Shown piece after piece: positions 1 through 8,258 of a stretch of 20,000 nucleotides of DNA. Every line of letters begins with the position of its first letter. Position 1 is the first letter of the stretch. The translations under genes and the position numbers were made by a program. This stretch comes from Chrysochromulina tobinii. Its lineage: Eukaryota. Below the pieces are notes generated by a model. That model ran no database searches. It was not told the origin of the DNA and saw only the letters and a program-made list of their open reading frames with translations. The DNA is taken from the NCBI GenBank assembly GCA_001275005.1, contig JWZX01003263.1, forward strand, positions 46,080 through 66,079, in the 5' to 3' direction.

Positions 1-79
1 CTCAGACAGGCACCCAGGGAGACACACTCAGACACACGCAGAGAGGGCCATCCGAAGTCATCAGTGGTCGTGGGCGCAC
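1..79 (-). other. Spliceosomal intron (partial, runs off window)
   Basis: CAA|GTGCGC donor at 79, followed by CTGATGACTT/CGGATGGCC decamer-like filler. Confidence 0.6.
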
Positions 80-2821
80 TTGTACAAAGGGCACCCAATT
101 CTTCTCATTGTCCTGTAGTGTAAACGGACCGTCAGGCCCTTCGTCGATCGACAATTCCCACACAGCCTCCTGATGAGGGAGGCAATCCGATGTCATCAGA
201 GGGCATCAGAGGCACTCAGAGCCGCGCCACCTCGGGCGCCATGTACCTGCCTCAGTGTGCCACTCGCTGCATCGCCCGCTAGGCGCAGCAAGCACAGCCG
301 ACGCCGCCCGCGGCAGTCCTCGTGGTTGGCGACGAGATAGAGCGTGCCGCGGTGCACGAGCACACGAGCGTCCTCGTAACCGTCGTACTCGATGACGTGG
401 CGGCGCGGCGCGGCCGGCGCTGGTGCCGGCGGCGCTGGTGTAGGCGGAGGGAAGTCTTCAAAATTGGCCCGAACATTGGCGGCGTCCGCCGCTCGTACGT
501 CGGGGCCGTGCGCGCTGCGGCTCCGGGTTTGATTGGAGCCTCCGCCAACAGCACGGCCCACACGAACGGCTCCAGAGACGCTGCCGCTGCTTGTGGTGGT
601 GTTGCCGCCGCCTTGCCCATGGCGGCCACCGCCTTGCTCGTCGCCCCCATCGGCGCTACGGCACCGTTCAAACGCAGCGACGGAGCGGCAGTTGGTGATG
701 GGCATGGCTGCGCCGAGCAGCAACAGTGCGCGTAGTAACCGCCCACGCGCCAGCCGCCGATGCGCGCGTGTGCGTCGGAGCGCGCAAAGCAGTTGCGCCA
801 CTCCCGCCGCGAAGCATCCGAAGATGAGGGATGAGGACAAGCGAGGTGCACCGGCCGCTAGCCGGCAGATGGCAGGCGAGAGGTCCGACCAGAGGTGCTC
901 TTCACATTCACACGGTGGGAAGGGCGCACTCAAGTTGAGCCACGAGACGAAACCGAGGCGTATCTCTCCAGTGCGCCGCTGCCGCTCCACCGTAAAGTAG
1001 CCTACCGCACTGAAGCCGCCACGCACGGCGCCGACGCCGCTCGCGCCGAGCGCCATCGCCTGGTCGTTGATCCACTGTTCGGTGGCGGGGAGGATCAAGG
1101 GCGTGCCGTCGGGCGCCTCCTCTACGTCAAAGATCTGGAGCTCGTCCTCCGAGATCGCGAGCTCGTCCTCTGAGATCTGGAGCTCGTCCTCTGAGATCGT
1201 GAGCTCGTCCTCCGAGATCGCGAGCTTGGCTCTGCGCCTGCTACTGCTGCTGCTCCTACTGCTGCTGTTGCCGCTGCTCCAACTGCTGCTGCTCCTACTG
1301 CCGCTGCTCCTATTGCTGCTGCCGCTGCTATTGCTGCTATTGCTTCTGCTGCTGCTAGTGCTGCTGATACTTCTCGTGCTCCTGCTGCTGGTGGATGCCC
1401 CGTTGTCCTCACCTTTGTGGGCCGCCAATCCCACGGCCTCAATCTCGGCCTCAATCTCGATCTTGGCCTCAATCTCAGCGGAGGCCATCTCAATCAGTGA
1501 ACGCCAGCGATCCGCCGCCCCATGGCCGCGCGCCTTGCTCTGCGCCTGCTCGATCACGGCGGCCAACTCAATCTCGGCCTCAATCTCGGCCTCAATCGAC
1601 GACAGCGCGGACGTCTCCTCCTTCGCCTGCTCGTCCTCCATGTCCCCATCAAGAGTTTCGACACCCTCGGCGTCCTCGGTGCCTGCCATATAATGGCCAC
1701 TTGGCCGGCGCATTGGGATCCTCATGGCTTCAGCCGCCCCGCCCTTTGCAGCGCCCATCAGCAACGGCCGACTCGGCTGCTCTGATTGCGGTTCCAATTG
1801 CTCTGATTGCGGTTCCAATCGCTCTGATTGCGGCTCCACTTGCTCCCGCTCGCCCGCCAGGATGGAGCCTACTCCGGCGCGTGCAACCGTGCCGCCTTTG
1901 GCCCCGCGAAGCAGCTCCCCGGCCTGCCGAACCTCGGTGACGAAACCCCGCTCCCCTGCTCGACGCTGCGCCGTTGCGGGCGTCTCGAGCTCGGGCACAT
2001 GCCCCTGCGAGAGGGCGGCGCGCCACTCGGGCCAGTCGACTGCTCGTTGCCACGCGCCAGCGGTCGTCGTCGTCCAAATCGAGCGCACCTGCATTCAGAA
2101 GCCATCAACGGTCATCAGAGGCCATCAACGGCAATCAAGGCGTCGTCCAGATCGAGCGCACGTTCGAGAAACGGAAGATGACGACGTAGCGTGCGATGTC
2201 GTCGTCATCATCGGCGGCGCCGAAGTCGTCAGCTGCCCAACCAAATGCGGAGCGTGGCGGCAGCGCTGCGATCGCTGGGTTGAAGGCGAAAAAGGGCCGT
2301 TGTGGCGCAGCTGTCAGGTGTTCGGACAGCGCCTCAGGTGGCAAAGGCTGGGGCAGCTCGATTGTGTGCGGTGGCGGCGGCTCCTTCCCGGTGGAGGCGC
2401 TCCCTGCGGCGTTGTGACGGGTATCAGCGGGCACGAGCGGCACGGTCGGCCGCAGGCTCGAACTCGACGTGACGCAGGCGTGGTAGGAGCCGACGGTGAT
2501 GTCACACGGCATCTGTTCGCACGTGGTTCGATACGACTCGTCGGCCTCCTTTCGACGCTGCGTCGCATACAGCAGCTGCCACACCTTGTAGTGCAGCGCC
2601 AGATCGTTGGGCATGCTGCGTAGCACGCTGCTGTACTCAGAGCGCGAGAGCTCCTCCCTATCTCCAGAGCCAAAGTGCATGGCGGACTCGGCGAGCTCAA
2701 TCTGACGCAAGATGTCGTGCGTTGAGGCAGAACGCCTCGGCCGGTACTGGTAATTGGACGGCGGCCCGAGCCACTCGGCCAACGCGCGGCTGGAGCTCGG
2801 CGTCGCGAGAGAGCTCGCCAT
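1..2821 (-). CDS. Multi-exon protein (3' partial) with five-bladed beta-propeller glycoside hydrolase/glycosyltransferase-like motifs and long low-complexity inserts
   Basis: Exons 2821-2162, 2088-247 and 169-80 join in phase 0 across GT..AG introns (FRFSN|VRSIW; GTLRQ|EAVWEL; PFVQ|intron running off the window). Motifs FNPAI...FRFSN, YEDARV and EKNWVPF resemble GH130/beta-mannosyltransferase-like propellers, by recollection and not by search. Extra unrecognised introns inside 2088-247 are possible. Confidence 0.6.
170..246 (-). other. Decamer-repeat spliceosomal intron (77 nt)
   Basis: CAG|GTACAT donor, CTGATG/CTGAGT/CGGATT decamers, TGCCTCCCTCATCAG acceptor. Splicing joins ORF 196..2094 to ORF 2..196 in frame. 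Confidence 0.75.
1130..1225 (-). repeat. 21-nt coding tandem repeat (xISEDEL x4)
   Basis: GAGATC..GAGCTCGTCCTC units on the + strand; translation ISEDELTISEDELQISEDELAISEDELQI. Confidence 0.85.
1240..1390 (-). repeat. Trinucleotide (AGC/AGT/AAT) low-complexity tract encoding poly-Ser
   Basis: (CTG/CTA)n on the + strand; Ser-rich run in ORF 196..2094. Confidence 0.85.
1779..1845 (-). repeat. 21-nt coding tandem repeat (EPQSExL x3)
   Basis: GCTCTGATTGCGGTTCCAAT[T/C] units on the + strand. Confidence 0.8.
2089..2161 (-). other. Intron (73 nt) whose first 21 nt duplicate the downstream exon start
   Basis: 2141-2161 CGTCGTCCAGATCGAGCGCAC vs 2068-2088 CGTCGTCCAAATCGAGCGCAC (20/21); decamer filler; TGCAG acceptor; both flanking ORFs contain VRSIWTT. 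Confidence 0.9.
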
Positions 2822-2881
2822 ATCACCGATCGGGGAACCGTGTGAACAGGCTGTTAATAAACCCGAAGAAACTAAATCACA

Positions 2882-5800
2882 CTATTTGAGGATCAAATCA
2901 TCGTCCAGCTGCTCGACCGCTTCGAGCCAGGTACCCTGCACCTCATCCCACCCGCTGTAAAAGTCGAGTCGGTCTTCAAAGACATCGAGGAAGAGGGAGA
3001 GGTCTTCCTTCGACACCGCTAGGAGCGTCCGAAGCCCGTCGAAGAGGATAAACTGTGCGGTGACGATGATGGCCAGTGAGAGGCAGCGCTGCTTGACGCC
3101 AGCGTACAGCACCGAGGCCTTAGCTGCCACGTCATCGGACTCAGCACCCGCGAGCACATCGTCCAGCGCTGCGCGCCAGTTGCGTCCAAATCCGCGGGCC
3201 GCACATCGGGTGACGACGGTATCGGCCGGATGGCTGACCAGCGCACCCATGAACCCGGCGACGATCCCGGAGATGAGGGAGACGACGAGTGCGAAGGAGG
3301 GCCGTTCACTCGCCGCGGGCAAGATCGAGAGCAGCGCGTCCTGAGTGCTCGCGTACACGAGGAGTTTCGTCACCTGCATGCAACGAGACTCGCAGTCAAG
3401 TCAAGTCAAGTCAAGTCAAGTCAAGTCACCTGCATGTAACGAGACTCGCAGGCGTTTCAGAGCGGAACTCAACGAGGGGCACTCAGAGGGTGCACTGACT
3501 CAGAGGGGTCGCACAGAGGGGTCGCACAGAGGGGGCGATCTCGGTGCAATCTCAGTTCTCACCCCAAACGGGAGCTCGCGCCCCATGAGCGTGGGTAACC
3601 CGTCCCATGGCCGGAGCACATCTCGCTGTTTATCTCGCTGTGCCGTGGACGAAACCACGCGCGCCGTCGCGGGCGTCGAGGTGACCACGGCAGCGCTGCT
3701 CGCGGCGGCGCGCTGTCGTGAGCTCTCATCTGGCATCGTGAGTGACAGCTTGGTCGACGTCGTCGCGACGCCTGCGCCTTCCGTGGCTGCTCGGGCAGCA
3801 GGAGCGTCACCTCGCATCACGAGGTCGAGAGCTTCCACAAGGTTCTGTGGCGCGTCGGGCGCGCCACTGCCCGTCATGATCTTCACTCGCGCCGTCTCAA
3901 AAGGGGAGGAGCACACGGAGGCCGCCACGGCCTGCAGCAAGCAAGCTGTGAAGAGGATCGGAGTGGCGAGGTCTGCGGGGGCCGCTGGGCCCATGACGAA
4001 CGCCGCCAGCTGCGGAATCGTGCGCCTGAGGAATTCAAACGTCCCAAACGAACCCGCACCTGCCGCGAAGCCCGCAGCAATGGACGCTTCGATGCCCAAA
4101 AAGGGCGACGAAGGGGGGGGCGGTGGTGCAGTCGCGGCAGCGGTGGGCGGGGGCGGGTCCCCGACGCCCGGGACGATGCCCCTAATGTGCTGCTCCGACT
4201 GCGCTGTGCTGTTGAGCGATGGCTGCGTAGGAGTCCCGGCGGGCGCTTTGGCTGTCTTGATCGCTGCCTGGCGACGCGTCTTGATGAGGTCGATGGGCGA
4301 CGTGACTGCACGGGTCGTGGCGGAGCAGAGTCCGCCGGCGATGGCCAGTCGAGCGACCAGCGCGGGGCTGAGCGGAACGTCCTGACGAACCCCACCCGAG
4401 ATGGATGTGGGCAGCGTGGAGACCTCCTGCGAGAGGAGACTCTCACTCTTGCGACCGGCCACTTGGTTTCCGACGAGGTTCCCCCTGCACACCGGCAGGC
4501 GCGCGCACCGCGTCCGAGGCGTTGGTGAGGGCACGGGTCCATTGGTCACGGGTCCAATCTCGGTGCAATCTCGGTGCAATCTCGGTACAATCTCGGGCAC
4601 GGATCCAATGGTAACGGGTCCAACGGTCAGAAGAACAGGGGAGGGCACCGCGGCGCGCGTAAAGCCCGCAATCTCGGTGCCATCTCGGGGCAATCTCCCG
4701 TACAGCCCGAAAGGCAGTCTCGGCGGCAATCTCGACGGCAATCTCGGCGCAATCTCGCGTACAGCCCGAGAGGAGCTTCGAAGACATAGTCAGGGTTGAT
4801 CGACTCGTACAGAAGGGATGGGAAGCGATGGCGAGGCGGTACGCCCACCGGGTACGTTCGGCTAGGCGGCTTGCCAGGGTCGAAGATGGGCGCGCCCTCT
4901 TCCGGCGGCAGGAGCGCGAGGAGCCGGTCGATGACGCCGTCGACGTCACGAGGATTCGAGGGCGGCTTTGGTGGGCGCTGCGGCGGCGAGTCCCTCTCGT
5001 CTTCATAACGGTCTTCTCGGTCACGCAGATCGATGCTACGGGATCGCCACGCCCATGCATCGATGCCCAAATTGGTGCTCGGGACGGCGTTACGAAGCCG
5101 GGAGATGCTCTCCTCGTACGACGGCGCCAGTCCGTCTGTCGCTGCCCGCTGCCGGCCGAGGGCCAGTGTCGCGCGCGGCGGACGTAGCATGAGGATGTCG
5201 GAGGTCGAACGCGCTGAGACCTGATCGCCGTACCGCGCCGCCATCGACTCGAGCGACCAGGGCGTGGAGGCGAATTCCAGTGGCGAAGGGGTGCGAAAGT
5301 TGCTCGATGGCGCCGTGGTGGGCGCCGTCGCCCTCGCGGCCATCGACTTCCGCACGCGCTCGTCACTACGCTCGCGATTGGAGTCACGCGAGGGGGTGCG
5401 CGGGGAGAAGAAGCGAACGTCGAGATCCTGTGAGGACCCATAGCCGGCGCCAAACCGGCTCAGCGGGACGGACCCTACCTCGTACTCCAAGAGCACCTGA
5501 TGAGGAGAGCCATCCGAGGGTCATCAGAGGTGCGCAATCAGCCGCAATCAGGGCTCGTACTCGTCGAGTATGCCGCAATCAGGGCCCTCGGCGCCCGTGA
5601 CGACGCCTGAGATGCAATCAACCACAATCGACTGCAATCAACCGCACTCAGGCGCACCTTGCCCTTGGCGCCCGCGACGACGCCGGTGAGGGCGCGCGGA
5701 GGTGGCGCGACCACAACCTGCACTCGATCCGTGCCCTTATAGCCTGCGCCCGGGTCCGTCAGCACAAACGCGACGACGGAGCCGTCGCGCACGATAGCTC

Positions 5801-7011
5801 GTGCCTGGGCGGCGCGCCTGCCACGGCGCCAAGGCTCGAGTTTCAAGAGAGTCGGGTCCTTGTAACGACCATCCTCCGGTGTCGAGCTGCTACCGCCTTG
5901 GGGAGCCGTGATTGAGACGAGGGGTGGACTCGTGTCATTGTAGCCCGAGCCGCCCGACGTGACCACCATCTCGTTCACTCTGCCGGTAGGGCGCAGCTGA
6001 GGCACGCCAGCGACCGCGGCCTTGGATGCTTGGCGGACCTGATGAGAGAGGCAATCAGAGACCATCGGAGGCCATCGGAGGTCATCGGAGGGCATCGGAG
6101 GGCATCCGTGGCAATTAAGTTGCAATCAGAGCTCATCGGTGTCATCGGATGTCATCAGATGTAATCAACTACAATCAGGCTCCTCAGGGCTCCGGCAATG
6201 GACGAACCAGTGGCGCGGCGGGTAGGGGCAGCGCGGGGATCGGCAGCCCGGCCGCCAGCCCCGCCTCGCTCAGGACGAAGGAGCCGCCATCGATCACCAC
6301 GATGCCCGAGGCACGCCGGTTCTCTTGCTCAGCCGCTAGCTGCTCGATCGAGTCGGTTGGCTGCACGCCCGGCGGGAGGAGAGAGAAGAGGAGCGCGAGC
6401 TGCCGGAGGGCATCGGGCCTCGCACCGTAGCGCGAGCGCAGCAGCGTCAACAGCTGCCGGATGCGCACGGCGTCCTGCGACGTGATCGGCTCAGCCCACT
6501 TTCCACTTGGCGGTGTGAATGAGCACAGGGCCTTCTCGACGGCGCCCGAGTACTCGCGAAGCTGCGTGATGCGCGCTTCCGAGACCTGCTTCCTCGTCCA
6601 CGCAAGGGGTATCTCGGCGGCGCGTGCGCGCCACAGCTGCCGTGACGGCCGATCGTAGGTGAGGAGAAAGCGCGACAAGTAATTGATGAACTTAGGCCCG
6701 AACGCAGCTCGTGCGTCTATCGCAGAGCAGGAGCCACCCACGGAGCTGCTCGCAGCTTTCCACACCAGGAGCCCGTCTGGCACCCCGACGACCGTCGCCG
6801 GCGCTGGCGCTGGTGTCAAAGCAGACAGCGCGGATCCGGCGGCTGCGAGTAGGAGGTGGCGCCGGCGCTCGTGAAACGTAGGATCCGGAGCTGTGTGGCG
6901 CCCTATCTCTGGAGGCGCCTGTGGGCTGTGCAATGGATGCGGAAGCCCTCCACAACGTGGAGCCATCCGAGGCGATGCACTGAGTCCAAATACTACGCAG
7001 AGCAGCAACAT
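2882..7011 (-). CDS. Mitochondrial carrier family (SLC25, phosphate-carrier-like) protein with a ~670-aa N-terminal extension and putative targeting presequence, ~1110 aa
   Basis: Exons 7011-6208, 6038-5658, 5496-4763, 4484-3563 and 3373-2882 sum to 3333 nt with all GT..AG junctions in phase. Three Px[DE]xx[KR]-type carrier signatures: SPIDLIKTRRQ, SPFETARVK, HPADTVVTR; also RELPFG|VTKLLVY. Hydrophobic N-terminus MLLLCVVFGLSA. Confidence 0.8.
3374..3562 (-). other. Intron (189 nt) containing a (TTGAC)6 insert between 27-nt direct repeats
   Basis: GGG|GTGAGA donor, CATGCAG|GTGACG acceptor; (TCAAG)6 at 3396-3425 on +, between 3369-3395 and 3425-3451 (26/27 identical). Confidence 0.85.
4485..4762 (-). 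other. Intron (278 nt) filled with CGAGATTG-type 11/12-mer repeats
   Basis: CT|GTACGC donor and TGCAG|G acceptor are both phase 2 and join ORF 4627..5496 to ORF 3500..4741 (PLGL-GNLVGNQ). Confidence 0.65.
5497..5657 (-). other. Decamer-repeat intron (161 nt)
   Basis: AAG|GTGCGC donor, CTCCTCATCAG acceptor; gives GAKGK|VLLEYEVGSV. Confidence 0.8.
6039..6207 (-). other. Decamer-repeat intron (169 nt)
   Basis: CTG|GTTCGT donor, CCGATG[A/G]CCT decamers, TGCCTCTCTCATCAG acceptor; gives AAPL|VRQASK. Confidence 0.75.
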
Positions 7012-7283
7012 GGCACACCTCGGCGACCAGACGTGGGCAAGCGTGGGTTTAGGAGGCCTCTATTGGCTCCGACCTTCCATGAATTCCTTTTCCTGATCAC
7101 AAGGCGGTGCCGAGATCGACCGAGATCAAGACGCTCTTTCCCCCGACTCAGGAGGAGGCGCGTACTCGAAACCACACCACACTTTCAAATTCAGGGCGCA
7201 AGACGCGTGTGCGCGCGCCCGCCCGCCGCACCTCTGGCGTTGTCCTAGTCTCCTAGCTGTACTTTGCTCGTGGTTTTCGAGAC

Positions 7284-8092
7284 CTAACGCAACGTATCCA
7301 CGACCGAATACCCCTGATCGAATGGCACCGGGATGCCCTGCCGTTCGAGTTCAGAGCGTGTGTGGTACTGGAAATGCGCGGCAAGCTGCGTGAGGAGCGG
7401 AGGGGCGAGCACGCTTCAGTGACGCACAGATGTGCTCGATGGGCTCGTGTCTGGAAGTCTCGCAAAAGGGCTGTACGTAAGGCTGTACGTAGGCTAGTTC
7501 GTAGGAGTCATCATGGGTGGAGCGTGCTGCCGCGAGTCACGGCTCGCGCGGGTCGATCGAGCATCATGCATCAAGGGCGAGCACAACGACGGAGCGTGTG
7601 CGCGCGCCGGCGCACCAGCTTGCGCGCGCGCTCAAACTTCAACTCTTCGGGAAGCGCTTGACCGCCAAGGTCCGCCGGGATGCAGAACTTGGCAGGGGCG
7701 GTCGTGCTGAATTCCAGTGGGAAGTCCTCCGTGCCGCCCCGCGCCTTGATGAGTCCAAAGCTGTCGGTGATCTTCACAGTCGTCTCTATGGCGTTGCTGT
7801 CGCTCGTGAAGGAGATGGAATGCCGCCCGGCCGGCGCGCAGTAGGGCCCAAACGCACGGTGCAGCCCCCAAAACGATCCGATCTCGTACGTTAGGGTGGA
7901 ATTGTCGGTTGCGTTTTGGAGCCGGAGCAGCCCACTGCCCTGGTTACCGTCGCCATTCTCGTCTCGGAAGTCGATGACGATCAGGTCGCCGTCACAGCAG
8001 CCGCTCTGCCACACGACACGGTTGTCGCCCGTGTGGACCCCCACGCGCGGATAGGCGATGGCGAGCGCGAGGTTGGGTAGCAGGAAGGACAT
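7284..8092 (-). CDS. Hypothetical, possibly secreted protein (~192 aa, 2 exons)
   Basis: MSFLLPNLALAIA hydrophobic start at 8092 within ORF 7571..8188, with globular-looking composition. Proposed intron 7386-7615 (CTG|GTGCGC ... CACGCAG|) gives ERARKL|LAAHFQYHTRSELERQGIPVPFDQGYSVVDTLR*. Confidence 0.55.
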
Positions 8093-8258
8093 GGGACCGT
8101 TCTGAGTCCGAGAAAAAAGGGACCAAAGCGTAAAAATTCGCATGCAAAGCCAAATGCGCGAACACATAGGCGACGATGACGCATGCATTCAATTGTATAG
8201 CCATGCGTAAACATGTCGTCTCGGGGAAGTTTCGAATCAACGTGTGATGTTCCTTTCT

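Noticed and set aside
1067..1693. Poly-Leu ORF resembling a membrane protein
   Set aside because: Antisense reading of the poly-Ser tract of gene 1.
1683..1760. Possible extra intron ending ...ATTATATGGCAG on the - strand
   Set aside because: The frame is open through it and I could not identify a convincing in-phase donor.
3396..3425. Interstitial telomere repeat
   Set aside because: The TTGAC/TCAAG unit does not match TTAGGG/TTTAGGG-type telomeres; kept only as a filler family.
3345..4385. 346-aa + strand ORF
   Set aside because: Antisense to the carrier exons and runs through the (TCAAG)n repeat; no recognisable motifs.
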